Shown one piece after another: positions 48,754-59,436 of a stretch of 64,000 nt of DNA (its first letter is position 1; every line of letters begins with the position of its first letter). Source of the stretch: Leptospiraceae bacterium (GTDB taxonomy: Bacteria > Spirochaetota > Leptospiria > Leptospirales > Leptospiraceae); assembly GCA_024233875.1 (NCBI GenBank), contig JACKPB010000009.1, positions 21,191-85,190 of the forward strand. Reading direction: 5' to 3'. The notes beneath the pieces are model-generated. The model did not search any database. It was not told the origin of the DNA and saw nothing but the letters and a program-made list of their open reading frames with translations. Position numbers and translations under genes: made by a program.

Positions 48754-49731
48754 TCACTGTAGAAATTTTTCTAAATACTTTTTCAACTCGGAGGTATAAA
48801 AATTTCTTCCTATCAAATTAAAATGTGATGCATCGTAGTACAATCTTTCATCTGTTTTGAATCTTTCATCATTGATATAGACATATTTGATATGACTTGC
48901 CTCCGCACCCCGAAAGTAATTACGCGTAGGATCAAATAGAGATTCATCGAAAAGTTCGATCATAGGTGTTTCCAGAAGAAGAAACTGAACTTCGGGATAC
49001 TTTTTCATCAATTCTACAGAAAGTTCAAAATGTTTCACAAAACCTTCATCAAAATCTAAGAATTCTTTGGGATCTCCGTAGAGTTTTTTCCAGTCTTCGA
49101 TTTTCGATTCTTCCGGTGGTGTTCCTGATTGATTAGTCTCCTGAGAGTAAAGGGGAGAGACAAGAGCCAGGGTAATTGGTAACTTATCAAACATTTTTGA
49201 ATAAATGAAGTAAGCTTCTGAGTTCAATGAGTAGGATCTGAAAAGTTTCTTCATATAGGAATCAAAGCTACCTTGCCATTTGTAATTCAGATACTCACGA
49301 AATAAGCCACTGTGATAGTAGCCCTGAAGAGATTTGTATGATTCGTCACCATATCGTTTTTTATTGAAAGCAAATCGATCTGTGTGGAAAAGAATGAGTT
49401 TCGGTGGATTTTCTTTGTGCTTATCCAGATAATCTTTCAGGAAGTAGTAGCGAAATTCCATGGTTCCCCCGGCCAGAGAAAACATATCGACTTTCTTTTG
49501 AAGACCAGCGGACAATTCTTCTGAATCGATTGCCCATAGAATATTGCTGCTACCCAGGATCAAAATATCTGCTCTTTGATTCATTTTACCAAAATGATTC
49601 ATTTTATCGAATAAGGGAAATCCGGCTTTGTAACAAAAACTATCCAAAGCAAAAACCATAACAAAAAGAAAAAGAGTTTTCTTTGTCCAATCCGGAAGTT
49701 TAAAACTGGTTGTAGATGAATGTGGATCCAT
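48754..49731 (-). CDS. DUF1574-like / AlgJ-AlgX-DltD-like periplasmic protein (SGNH-hydrolase-like fold), partner of the MBOAT acyltransferase
   Basis: N-terminal TM anchor, a putative catalytic Ser block (ILILGSSN), and 32-bp overlap with the MBOAT gene. Confidence 0.45.
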   Translation of the reverse strand: MDPHSSTTSFKLPDWTKKTLFLFVMVFALDSFCYKAGFPLFDKMNHFGKMNQRADILILGSSNILWAIDSEELSAGLQKKVDMFSLAGGTMEFRYYFLKDYLDKHKENPPKLILFHTDRFAFNKKRYGDESYKSLQGYYHSGLFREYLNYKWQGSFDSYMKKLFRSYSLNSEAYFIYSKMFDKLPITLALVSPLYSQETNQSGTPPEESKIEDWKKLYGDPKEFLDFDEGFVKHFELSVELMKKYPEVQFLLLETPMIELFDESLFDPTRNYFRGAEASHIKYVYINDERFKTDERLYYDASHFNLIGRNFYTSELKKYLEKFLQ

Positions 49732-51121
49732 AAAAAACTCCCGAGAATAGTATTACAATAAATAGAAAAGAATAAAAGAAGATCATAGAATATACTTTTT
49801 TATTCGTGTATTCCAAATCTGTTTTTGTATCAAAGTATTGATCACGAACCAGTTCGACTACGACAAATAAGAACAAGATTAGAAATGCGCTTTTTTGGTA
49901 GAAAGGTAGCAATAATTCATCATTGATTACAATTCGGGGATGTAACAGACGATCGAAAAATCCCTTTAGTTGATTTTGATTTTGAACCTTGAAAAAAATT
50001 AATGAAAACACAGAAATTTGAAAAGTGAAAAACCGGGCGATCCAATTTCTCAAATTTTCATTGAAATGTAGTTTTTCATAAATTGAATCCCGAAATTCCA
50101 GGGTATACGTAGAAAATGACATATACACACCCTGGATGAATCCGTATAAGAAATAGGATATGGTAAACCCATGCCAGAGTCCCACCGCAATCATATTGAT
50201 CATAAGGCTGAGAGGTGTACCGATCCTCTCAAAATTTCTCAAACTCATCCGGAGGGGCATGAATAGATAATCTCTCAACCAGGAAGAAAAACTAATGTGC
50301 CATCTCCTCCAATAGTCTGGGATATTTGTCGCAAGATAGGGTTTGTCAAAATTTTCAGGAGAAATGATACCAAACAATCTCGCCGAACCTATAGAAATAT
50401 CAGTAAAACCTGAGAAATCACAGTACAACTGAAAAATATAAAAGTAAGGTGCACTCCAAACCATAGTGTCCGGGTACTGATCGGGAGAGGAAAAAATAGG
50501 ATTGATGTACATTCCAATACGATCAGCGACTACCAGTTTCTTAAAAAAACCATAAACTATCAATTGAATTCCTATATATAGATGAATCTTTTTAAAAGGA
50601 ATTTTCTGATTGATTTGTTCCAGAAAGTCATCCGGCCTCTGGATCGGACCGCTGGGCAATTGAGGAAAAAAGGCGATGTAGAGTAAAAAATAGAAAATAT
50701 CTTTCTCAGTTTCATATTTTTCCCAGAAGACATCCAGGAGATAACTGATCAATTTGAAAGAGTAATAAGAAATACCCAGAGGATAGAGGAAAGATTCTAC
50801 TTTTAAAAATGAAAATTCAGGGATTCCGACAAGATTCGGTAAGGACTTGAAAAAAAATATCCAGGAGATGGTAAGAAGTAAACCGGGATATAAAAATAAT
50901 TTTTTTTGATTTTCTTCGGATGCTTCTATCTTCCTTGCCAGGTAGTACACCAGAACGGAAATCACCAGCATGTATAGGGTTAAATAGAAATTAAAAAAAC
51001 TGTAAAAGAAAAGTGAAGCTAAGAGTAAAAAATAATTTTTAATTTTATGACCGGGAATCAAATGATAGATTCCCAGTACACCTGATAAAAAACCTAAATA
51101 TTTGAGGGAATTAAAATCCAT
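49700..51121 (-). CDS. MBOAT family membrane-bound O-acyltransferase (DltB/AlgI-like)
   Basis: About 11 TM helices, an invariant His in the VGLWHG block, and the conserved RRWHISFSSWLRDYLF motif typical of DltB/AlgI. Confidence 0.8.
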   Translation of the reverse strand: MDFNSLKYLGFLSGVLGIYHLIPGHKIKNYFLLLASLFFYSFFNFYLTLYMLVISVLVYYLARKIEASEENQKKLFLYPGLLLTISWIFFFKSLPNLVGIPEFSFLKVESFLYPLGISYYSFKLISYLLDVFWEKYETEKDIFYFLLYIAFFPQLPSGPIQRPDDFLEQINQKIPFKKIHLYIGIQLIVYGFFKKLVVADRIGMYINPIFSSPDQYPDTMVWSAPYFYIFQLYCDFSGFTDISIGSARLFGIISPENFDKPYLATNIPDYWRRWHISFSSWLRDYLFMPLRMSLRNFERIGTPLSLMINMIAVGLWHGFTISYFLYGFIQGVYMSFSTYTLEFRDSIYEKLHFNENLRNWIARFFTFQISVFSLIFFKVQNQNQLKGFFDRLLHPRIVINDELLLPFYQKSAFLILFLFVVVELVRDQYFDTKTDLEYTNKKVYSMIFFYSFLFIVILFSGVFYGSTFIYNQF

Positions 51122-51364
51122 TTAACCCAGTTTTTGGTGTATCACATCTATAAGTTTCCCAACATTGGGCAATCCTTGGATTTCTTTGGTAGTGAATTTG
51201 ATTTTAAATGATTTTTCGATAGCTACGATTAGATTGATATGGTTTAGAGAATCCCAACCCTTCACATCTTTGGCTGTCATTTCATCATGGATCTGAATAT
51301 CCGGCTTTTTAAAGATTTTTGTAAAAATCTCATTCAATTGATCTGTGACTTCTTCTCTACTCAT
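51122..51364 (-). CDS. Acyl carrier protein (DltC-like small carrier protein)
   Basis: 80 aa, phosphopantetheine-attachment Ser in GWDSLNHINL, 1-bp gap to the MBOAT gene. Confidence 0.75.
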   Translation of the reverse strand: MSREEVTDQLNEIFTKIFKKPDIQIHDEMTAKDVKGWDSLNHINLIVAIEKSFKIKFTTKEIQGLPNVGKLIDVIHQKLG

Positions 51365-51368
51365 TTTT

Positions 51369-53135
51369 TTAAACCTCTTCTTCTAAGAATACTTTGCTGG
51401 GATTGTACTTACTTACATCCAAACTCCAGAACGTACTTCCGTCTTCCCCGGATTCGATGCATTCAAATCCAAATTTCTGATAAAAATCCTTTACCATAGA
51501 ATTTTTGGATGTTGGGATATAGGTTCCTTTTACCTTCGTCTTTCCATTTTGGGAAGCAAGTAAAAAAATCTGATTCATCATAAATTGTTCCACACCACGG
51601 GCCAAAACCCTACAACTCATAATCCATTCGTCAATTAGATAACTCTCAGATTCATTCTTTACAATCACAACCGAAATCAAACCATAGTCTCCAAATTTAT
51701 CTTTTAATTTTATATAAAAGGGAAAATAGTTTTCCTTATCTTCCATAAATGCACTACACTCTTCTTCTGTATAACGTAGAGTTGTTAAATTAAATTGATT
51801 GGATCTCTGGATCAATTGAGCTATCCGGGGTAAATGAAAGGTATCAAATCTTTTTATCCCGATCTTCATTTCTAAAGATTTCAAATAATCATCAATATTA
51901 TTATAAGATTTTTGTAGAGACTGTCTTTCAAACTCTACTCTATACATATCTCCTCGTTCCTTATCTTCATCTGTATAGGAAACTGTTTGAAATAGATTGA
52001 GTTCAGATATATGTCTTACATACAGAGCGGGGTCTTCGGGTAATTCCGGGACAATCACTTCAGGTAAAAATTGTCTTACAAGATTTCTTTCATATGGATT
52101 ATCATCCAGAAAAACAATAGAATCATATCCAATATTCAAAGATTCTTTAATGAACTTTATATTATCAGCCTTATTATTCCAGTTAGCAACAAAAATTGAA
52201 ATGTCAGACTCTTTCAAAACCATTTCCGGATGTTCTCTGAAAGGGAGGAGTGCGTTTTCTTCCTGATTTTTACTACAAACAGCGAGAATGATTCCACGTT
52301 TTTTCAGTTCTAAAATAAAGTGTTGAAAGTCAACAAAGGGTTCTCCCTCACCTAGATGCCCGAGAGCGATTCCTTCCAATCCATCATCTCCAATCACACC
52401 ACCCCAGAGAGTATTGTCCAGATCCAAAACTACCGCTTTGACAGATCGGATTTTCAGGGAGACAACTAAATCTACAACTTCCTGAGAAATGTACGGAATG
52501 TAGTCCAGAGCACAGGGAGTTTTACTATGATACCAAAGTGTCTCATCCAGGAAATTCTTTCTTCCGTGATACGAAGCTGTCCTTTCAAAATCCAAAACAT
52601 AGATATTTTTCTGAGAGGCAGTGAAATCAGACAAATACTGATTCATTTTTCTGCTGAGGTTAACGAGAGAGTCACCTGTCTTAGTTTCGAATGTACCGAA
52701 GACATTTTCCACAGGTAAAACTAAATTAGAAACCAGGATAGGTATATGAAAGTTGTTTTGAGCATTTTGAAGAATTCCGGAAAGTTTTTCAGATTCCTCC
52801 GAAAAGAAATCTTCCCGTTTCAACTTGGACAAATAGAATTTTGTTCGAAATTGTTGGATTGTTCTAATGATTACAATTAGATCCGGTTTGAAATCATACA
52901 ATCCGGAAGATGGATTGAAAAGCTCTAATTCTATTGAATCGAAAGGAGCCTCATAAATCTCCGCCTGAAAGTCATTCAAATAAAAAAGCGTTTTGGTGAT
53001 CACATGGATTTGCTGGGTCGCACAATCTCCGAGAATCGCTAATTTGATCTTATTATTTTCCGGTTTGAAATCTATATCTCTATATTCAGAAAACAATTCA
53101 AAATAATCCAACTTTTCTAATTCATATTTGTACAT
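51369..53135 (-). CDS. FkbH-like protein (HAD-superfamily subfamily IIIC phosphatase domain with a C-terminal GNAT-like domain)
   Basis: FkbH signature VVLDLDNTLWGGVIGDDG (HAD motif I DxDxT) plus downstream HAD motifs (…CSKN…; …DDNP…). C-terminal acyltransferase-like region. Confidence 0.7.
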   Translation of the reverse strand: MYKYELEKLDYFELFSEYRDIDFKPENNKIKLAILGDCATQQIHVITKTLFYLNDFQAEIYEAPFDSIELELFNPSSGLYDFKPDLIVIIRTIQQFRTKFYLSKLKREDFFSEESEKLSGILQNAQNNFHIPILVSNLVLPVENVFGTFETKTGDSLVNLSRKMNQYLSDFTASQKNIYVLDFERTASYHGRKNFLDETLWYHSKTPCALDYIPYISQEVVDLVVSLKIRSVKAVVLDLDNTLWGGVIGDDGLEGIALGHLGEGEPFVDFQHFILELKKRGIILAVCSKNQEENALLPFREHPEMVLKESDISIFVANWNNKADNIKFIKESLNIGYDSIVFLDDNPYERNLVRQFLPEVIVPELPEDPALYVRHISELNLFQTVSYTDEDKERGDMYRVEFERQSLQKSYNNIDDYLKSLEMKIGIKRFDTFHLPRIAQLIQRSNQFNLTTLRYTEEECSAFMEDKENYFPFYIKLKDKFGDYGLISVVIVKNESESYLIDEWIMSCRVLARGVEQFMMNQIFLLASQNGKTKVKGTYIPTSKNSMVKDFYQKFGFECIESGEDGSTFWSLDVSKYNPSKVFLEEEV

Positions 53136-53252
53136 GATTTTCCCTCCGGTTATTTGACAATCCGTCTACAAACAATTTTTGTATGTTGGAATAAATGAAA
53201 AAAATATATATAACTTTGAACAATCTGAAGACAACATCTTATTAGAAAAATT

Positions 53253-53678
53253 CTAAAGGATACCGGATTGAATTCTGGCTTCCACAGATAGTTTATTTTG
53301 AGTAATGTTGAAAATCTCAAAATCTAAAATCACAACATGAACCGATTCTACAATCTGAGAAAGAGTGCATTTTACTTCGAGTTCATCACCCACATAGATT
53401 GGAGACTTGAATTGGGTTTCAGTTGATTGAGTAAAGGATCTATCACCGGGAAAGATCGTACCAGTAAAATTGGAAAGAATACCATTGATCATGCTACCGT
53501 GAATGACTATATCCTTAAAACCTCTCTCTCTAGCATAAATAGCACTCGTATGGACAGAGCTGGTATCTTTAAAGAGATTTAGATAATTTTCATAATCATC
53601 TTTTGTAATTTGATATTTGTGTGTGACGAAATGACCTTCTTCATGATTTTGAAAAAATTTTTCGATATAATCATCCAT
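53253..53678 (-). CDS. MaoC-like (hotdog fold) dehydratase
   Basis: 141 aa, hotdog-fold pattern (…IHGSMINGILSNFTGTIFPGDRS…). Confidence 0.5.
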   Translation of the reverse strand: MDDYIEKFFQNHEEGHFVTHKYQITKDDYENYLNLFKDTSSVHTSAIYARERGFKDIVIHGSMINGILSNFTGTIFPGDRSFTQSTETQFKSPIYVGDELEVKCTLSQIVESVHVVILDFEIFNITQNKLSVEARIQSGIL

Positions 53679-53901
53679 TCAATATTTCCTGAATCTTCCT
53701 TTTTTTCAATTTTTAATAATAGTTTATGATTAGTAAGTTGGGATTAGATAATGTCGAGTTTTTAATTTTCATTGAATGCTCTTTATTTCGAAAATGAATC
53801 GAAAACTTGAAATAGTCAAGGTGATAGTTTTTGGAGAACTAAGATAGAAGCTGGGAATAAATCCCAACTTCCATCTAAATTCATTTTTTTAGTGTTCTAA
53901 A

Positions 53902-54660
53902 TCAATGCCCACCACCGGCTTTGAATCCTCCACCGTGAACTTCTAATGTGATACCGGTAATGTATCCGGCAGCATCACTTGCTAAGAAAGCAGCTGCATT
54001 TGCTATATCATCGGGTTTTCCTGTTCTACCCAGATAAATAGCATTTTTCATGCCTTCTCTGATGTTTTCGGGAATGGCTGCTGTCATGTCTGTTTCAATA
54101 AATCCGGGAGCGATTGCATTTACACGAATTCCTCTGGATGCCAATTCCATAGCACAGGATTTTGTAAAACCAATCACACCGGCTTTGGATGCGGAGTAAT
54201 TTGTTTGACCTGCGTTTCCGTAGATACCAACTATAGAAGTCATATTAACAATTGAACCGCTTTTTTGCTTCATCATGTACTTGATAGCAGCTTGAGTAGT
54301 ATTGAATACCCCTGTCAGGTTGACCTGAATCACAGCATCCCACTGTTCTTTTTTCATTCTCATTAGGAGAGTGTCTTTTGTAATACCAGCGTTGTTTACC
54401 AGAATATCAACAGAACCAAACTCTTTATTGCATGTCTCAATTAAATTAACTGCTTCCGCATCATTAGTAACGTTACAAACAACCGGTATAGCTGTAATAC
54501 CTTTTGATTTAAACTCTTCAGCGGTAGCCTTTGTAGCTTCCTCGTTCATATCAGTAATGACGACTTTTGCTCCCAGTTCCCCAAATTTAAGTGCTATTGA
54601 TTTACCTATCCCTCTTGCAGATCCGGTAACAATCGCGGTCTTATTTTTAAAATCAATCAT
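53902..54660 (-). CDS. fabG: 3-oxoacyl-[acyl-carrier-protein] reductase
   Basis: TGSARGIGKSIA, NAG, YSASKAG motifs, within a plsX-fabG context. Confidence 0.85.
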   Translation of the reverse strand: MIDFKNKTAIVTGSARGIGKSIALKFGELGAKVVITDMNEEATKATAEEFKSKGITAIPVVCNVTNDAEAVNLIETCNKEFGSVDILVNNAGITKDTLLMRMKKEQWDAVIQVNLTGVFNTTQAAIKYMMKQKSGSIVNMTSIVGIYGNAGQTNYSASKAGVIGFTKSCAMELASRGIRVNAIAPGFIETDMTAAIPENIREGMKNAIYLGRTGKPDDIANAAAFLASDAAGYITGITLEVHGGGFKAGGGH

Positions 54661-54674
54661 GGAAATCTCCTTTT

Positions 54675-55679
54675 TTATATCTTAAATTTTTTAATATTTT
54701 CAGCTATTCTTACATTCACATCATTTCTGGCGCATTCCACAACTACCCGAATGGCATTTTTAACAGCCAGAGCAGATGAGGAACCATGTCCTATAATGCA
54801 TGTTCCATTCACTCCGAGTAGTACAGCACCACCATATTCAGCATAGTCCAGACGCTTTTTCATGGCCTTCAGTGTGGGTTGTAGAAGCAATGCTCCCGTC
54901 TTCGCAATGCTGGATTGAGAAATGTTATCCTTCAAAATATGGAAAATTGATTTGATCAATCCTTCTGTAGCCTTTAGGACAATGTTTCCGGTAAAACCGT
55001 CACAGACAACTACATCTACCTCTCTACCACTTCCATAAAGATCTCTACCTTCAATATTTCCAACAAACTTTACAGGTAATTTTTTTAAGATTTCAAATGT
55101 TTTTAGGGTGAGTGAATTCCCTTTTTTGTCTTCTTCGCCATTGGACAAAATACCGATTTTGGGGTTTGGAATTCCGAAAATTTCTCTGGCGTAGATTTCG
55201 CCCATGACTGCAAATTGGGCAAGATACTCCGGTTTGCAGTCAACGTTTGCCCCGGCATCGAGCAATAAGGTGGGTGTTCCCATTTCTTGAGGAAGTGGGA
55301 CGGCTATCGGAGGTCTCTGAACTCCCTGAATCCTACCCAAATGCATAAGAGCCGCAGCCATAGTTGCCCCTGTATTTCCAGGAGAAAATATACCTACACA
55401 CTCTCTATCTGCGACTAATTTGACTGACTGTACTATAGAGGATTCAATCTTTGTTTTGACTGCTAAGGATGGAGAATCATCCATGTCAATGACTTCTTCT
55501 GCATGGATGATTTTGAGTTTGTCTGAATCAAAGCTGAATCCCAGGATAATTTCTCCCAGGATCTCTTCTCTACCGACTAAATAAGTGGATATTCCGTATT
55601 GATTGATTGCATCTATGGCCCCTTCAACGATTTCTGCGGGACCTAAATCGCCGCTCATTGTATCAACGGCGACCCACAT
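54675..55679 (-). CDS. plsX: Phosphate acyltransferase PlsX
   Basis: Family pattern (…[11 protein letters not shown]…; …[11 protein letters not shown]…), between rpmF and fabG. Confidence 0.9.
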   Translation of the reverse strand: MWVAVDTMSGDLGPAEIVEGAIDAINQYGISTYLVGREEILGEIILGFSFDSDKLKIIHAEEVIDMDDSPSLAVKTKIESSIVQSVKLVADRECVGIFSPGNTGATMAAALMHLGRIQGVQRPPIAVPLPQEMGTPTLLLDAGANVDCKPEYLAQFAVMGEIYAREIFGIPNPKIGILSNGEEDKKGNSLTLKTFEILKKLPVKFVGNIEGRDLYGSGREVDVVVCDGFTGNIVLKATEGLIKSIFHILKDNISQSSIAKTGALLLQPTLKAMKKRLDYAEYGGAVLLGVNGTCIIGHGSSSALAVKNAIRVVVECARNDVNVRIAENIKKFKI

Positions 55680-55684
55680 GATTC

Positions 55685-55885
55685 TTACTCTTCTGCTTTA
55701 GGCTTTTTTACCTTAGGAGCAACAATCAATTTTCCACCATAATGTCCACAGGTCGGGCAAACTCTGTGTGGTAGAATATAAGCACCGCAGCTTTTGCAGA
55801 GAACTAAATTTGGCTTACCAATCGCATGGTGAGACCTGTGCATTCTCTTTTTGGATTTTGATTTTCTTCTTTTGGGTGCTGCCAT
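55685..55885 (-). CDS. rpmF: 50S ribosomal protein L32
   Basis: [19 protein letters not shown]… N-terminus and a CxxC…CxxC zinc ribbon. Confidence 0.9.
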   Translation of the reverse strand: MAAPKRRKSKSKKRMHRSHHAIGKPNLVLCKSCGAYILPHRVCPTCGHYGGKLIVAPKVKKPKAEE

Positions 55886-56095
55886 TTTTTTCCTCTTCTA
55901 TCTCTGGAGAATAAATATTTTTGAAGTGATTTCTTCGTTGTACTGTGAATAATAAAAAGTTTTTCCTCCCCAATCAAAAGGGATCAAAACTTAAATCAAC
56001 CTAGAACTAAGATTTTTTAGAAAGCTAATTTTACAATAAAAAAATGTACAACTGAGTTAGAAATCAAGAATGTATTTATGAAAATAAGTAGAAAT

Positions 56096-56695
56096 CTATT
56101 GATTTAAATCATTATGTCGCATCATTTTGAAATAGGCACTTTTATCAGGCCAAATCGCGGAAAATGCACCTCTCAATTGATTCATTTCATACTCCAAAGC
56201 CCTATCTTCCGGATACAATTCTTTTAATTGTGAAATCAATTCAGGATCCATATCATTGGATTTACCATGGCATTGAAGACAGAGAGAATTATTGATCTTA
56301 ATGGGTCTCATCACCCGAAATCCTTCAGATGTTTTCGTGAAAGAGACTGATATTTCTTTGCCTTCTTTCAATTCCTTTGCCCATTTTTGAAGAACTATAC
56401 TTTCCCATTCATCCGGTTTGTGGTCCGGATTGCGATACTTTTCGGAAACCCTACGGATTCGAATTGAATGGGTATCGAGATAATCTTTCTCTTTAGCAGG
56501 AGAAATCAATTTGCAATTGGAAATCGATCCGAGAGGACCGGTCCGCTTCATAGAAGTACTCAGCTCTTTAGAGAGATCCATTTGAAATTGATCAAACAAT
56601 CCCAATACTATCTTTTGTTTTTGTGAATCATCTACTGATTGATTGCACTGACCCAAAAGCATAAAAGATACAAGCAAGAGTAATATTCTATTCAT
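56096..56695 (-). CDS. DUF3365-like periplasmic protein with a single c-type heme-binding CxxCH motif
   Basis: Signal peptide, then a CLQCHGK motif near the C-terminus. Confidence 0.4.
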   Translation of the reverse strand: MNRILLLLVSFMLLGQCNQSVDDSQKQKIVLGLFDQFQMDLSKELSTSMKRTGPLGSISNCKLISPAKEKDYLDTHSIRIRRVSEKYRNPDHKPDEWESIVLQKWAKELKEGKEISVSFTKTSEGFRVMRPIKINNSLCLQCHGKSNDMDPELISQLKELYPEDRALEYEMNQLRGAFSAIWPDKSAYFKMMRHNDLNQ

Positions 56696-56700
56696 ATTTT

Positions 56701-57279
56701 CTATCGACTTCCTTTGATTTTTCCAATCATGTCAATTCTATCTCTATAATGACGATCCCGATCTACAGATTCTGTTTTTTTTCTACGTTCGGACTGAAAA
56801 CTTTTGATCAATTCCAAACCTCTGGAACCATCATTTCCTACACGTCTCGAATAGATTCTGGTGTTTTCATTCTGAACAAATGGTTTGTCTTCTAAAGCCT
56901 TTTCCAGTTTTGTTTCGTTAAAATCAGCCGTTGCTTTCACAACATTCCCTTCCGGTTTCGCCTCTTCATCCAACATAAAGTTTTGAAGAAAAACTTTAGG
57001 TAAAACCATCAATTCTTCTTTGATTTCGGGATCTACAATCATGGAGTGTTTTTTGGAATATCTTTCTATTCCCTCATCCACAATTTCTCGCTCTACATTG
57101 ATTTTGTATTTTTTGATATCACAACCGCAGGGTTTGAAATAGAGCACGATAGGTTCGTAAACGATCTCCTTTTCAGGAACCTGATCAGAACTTGCACAGC
57201 CGATCAATAGAATCAGTGAGAACACATAACCTAAAAAGCTTAAAAACCTTGAACTTGAATTCATAGTATTGATTTTCAT
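56701..57279 (-). CDS. Hypothetical lipoprotein
   Basis: Signal peptide with lipobox (LLIGCASS). 5-bp gap to the DUF3365 gene. Confidence 0.4.
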   Translation of the reverse strand: MKINTMNSSSRFLSFLGYVFSLILLIGCASSDQVPEKEIVYEPIVLYFKPCGCDIKKYKINVEREIVDEGIERYSKKHSMIVDPEIKEELMVLPKVFLQNFMLDEEAKPEGNVVKATADFNETKLEKALEDKPFVQNENTRIYSRRVGNDGSRGLELIKSFQSERRKKTESVDRDRHYRDRIDMIGKIKGSR

Positions 57280-57399
57280 AATCAGGATTCTAAAATATTT
57301 TTTTTATTCTTATTCACTAGAGTCCACTAATTTTTATAAAAATCCTAAAAATATGTCTCATTATAAATCTTACGACTACAGGTAGATGGAAAAAAAGCA

Positions 57400-59436
57400 T
57401 TATAAAAATGAATCATGATACAATTCTTCGTAATCATTTTTGGTGCGAAATTCTGTGATCAGTAAAGTGATATCATCCTCAAAATGCCCATCCTTGTTTT
57501 GAGAAAACAAGAGGACTTCATCGAATATAATATTAGCTAGATCTTCAACTTCTTTATGATGGTTTTGAATGACAATCGACAGGAGCCTATCTTCACCCAG
57601 CATTTCATTTTTTGGACTTCGGGCTTCTGTAATACCATCTGTGTAAAGAATGATTTTATCCCCGTCTTCCAGTTGAATCTGTTCTTCCACACAGGAGGGA
57701 GAAAACAATTCATTGATCACCCTTCCCCGTGAACTTATAAATTTTCCGAATCCATCCTTCCTAACTAAAATGAGAGGAAGATGACCCGCATTGGCAAACC
57801 TCAACTCTCCGGTACTCAAATTCAACCGACAGACAATCGCTGAAAGAAAATGCTTACTCATCTTTCCGGACAATGACTCCGAAATCCTTGTGATAGTTCT
57901 GGTTGGAGATAGTTTCTTTTCAAAGCAATCCTGAACTGTCATTTTTACCATTGTAGCCAGAAAGGCGGCAGGAACTCCATGGCCGGACACATCACAAATA
58001 AACAAAAAAAGATCATTTTTATTTGCATAATTAAAATCTAATAGGTCTCCACCCACTCCCATCATGGGTTGGTACCGGAAGGAAATCGCAGCTCCGGAAA
58101 GATCAGGAGTATCCTTTGGAAGCAGAGACAATTGAATTTTTTTGGCTAACTCTATCTGCTTTTCTAGCTCTTTAGATTGCATTTGGATAGTATTGGTACG
58201 TTCTACCACTTTCTTTTCGAGACTATCATTCAATTGCGTAATCTCACTGATGAGATTGTACTGAACTTCTGAGGCTATTTTTAAGTTATTAACCATTGCA
58301 TTGAAGCTCTTTGCCAATCTACCAAATTCATCTTTTGAGTTCAAATTTACAAGAGTTTCCAGGTTTCCCAGACTTAACTTTTCAACAGCATCCGTGAGTA
58401 GTTTTAGAGGAGATGTAAAGTATCCTGCTAATATAAGTGATAAAAATGTTGTAAGAATAAATGTAATACATGAAATGATTAGGGCTACGGTTGTAAATTT
58501 CTTCTTGAATTCTTTGATCTCACTGTTCTCGATATCTACAATAACTATCCCCGAAATTTCTCCATTTGAGTCTTTGATTAATGAATATGCACTCATAAAG
58601 TGCCCATAGCTATTCAGAACTGCTTCTTCGTCTATGAAATCAGTCTTGGTATTAATGATTTTTTTTATTTTATTGATAGTACTTTCTTTTTCAATAAAAT
58701 CAGCACCGGGATCCGATCCAGGTTTATTCTTCTCGGTAAAAGAGAATTGAAAAATTACTTCTTTATTTTCAAATTGAATTTTTTTATCCAGGATTCGATG
58801 GTCCTTATCCAGATAATCATTTTGGATGATCACCCTCATGGGACTTTCCTGAATGATCCTTACTATTTCCACTTCATTTTGTAATATGACTTTGTGATCT
58901 CCTCTCTTCTCTGATCTTAGTTTTAAACTTTTGTAATTCTCAAGTGGTATATCCACATTTTCCAGGTAAGTATCAAACCCATATTCAATATGAATCATAT
59001 GATTCTTGACATAAAAATTATAACTGAACTCAGGTGATTCCACCCAAACCATATCTTCCTGATTGACAGTTCCATCCACTCCATAGAAAAAATTTTCCGA
59101 TTCTTTTTGATAATTCAAAGTGTAGATATATTTTACTGTTTCTTCGGATTGAAAAATATATCTTATTATCGAATGATATTTTTGGTATTCCGGAGTTTGG
59201 ATACTCTCAACAGAATTCAACTTCTTATGAACATCACCATCTATGGAAAAGGAAATGAATTTTGCTATTGAGAGTTTGTGAGCCCGAAAGTCTTTAATGA
59301 ACATTTCGATGAGGTAGGAGTACATCGTAACTCCGAGAAGAACAGATATAAATATATCTATAAAAATAAATCCCAGGATTATTTTTCTTCTCAGGCTCTG
59401 TTCTATCATTATAAATAGACCACGTCCGTGAACCAT
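57400..59436 (-). CDS. PP2C-family serine phosphatase (SpoIIE/RsbU-like) with a periplasmic sensor domain and a HAMP linker
   Basis: Two TM helices flanking a sensor domain of about 270 aa, a HAMP region (…LKLLTDAVEKLSLGNLETLV…FGRLAKSFNAMVNNLK), then SpoIIE motifs (GGDLLDF…ICDVSGHGVPAAFL…ILYTDGITEA…). Confidence 0.8.
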   Translation of the reverse strand: MVHGRGLFIMIEQSLRRKIILGFIFIDIFISVLLGVTMYSYLIEMFIKDFRAHKLSIAKFISFSIDGDVHKKLNSVESIQTPEYQKYHSIIRYIFQSEETVKYIYTLNYQKESENFFYGVDGTVNQEDMVWVESPEFSYNFYVKNHMIHIEYGFDTYLENVDIPLENYKSLKLRSEKRGDHKVILQNEVEIVRIIQESPMRVIIQNDYLDKDHRILDKKIQFENKEVIFQFSFTEKNKPGSDPGADFIEKESTINKIKKIINTKTDFIDEEAVLNSYGHFMSAYSLIKDSNGEISGIVIVDIENSEIKEFKKKFTTVALIISCITFILTTFLSLILAGYFTSPLKLLTDAVEKLSLGNLETLVNLNSKDEFGRLAKSFNAMVNNLKIASEVQYNLISEITQLNDSLEKKVVERTNTIQMQSKELEKQIELAKKIQLSLLPKDTPDLSGAAISFRYQPMMGVGGDLLDFNYANKNDLFLFICDVSGHGVPAAFLATMVKMTVQDCFEKKLSPTRTITRISESLSGKMSKHFLSAIVCRLNLSTGELRFANAGHLPLILVRKDGFGKFISSRGRVINELFSPSCVEEQIQLEDGDKIILYTDGITEARSPKNEMLGEDRLLSIVIQNHHKEVEDLANIIFDEVLLFSQNKDGHFEDDITLLITEFRTKNDYEELYHDSFL

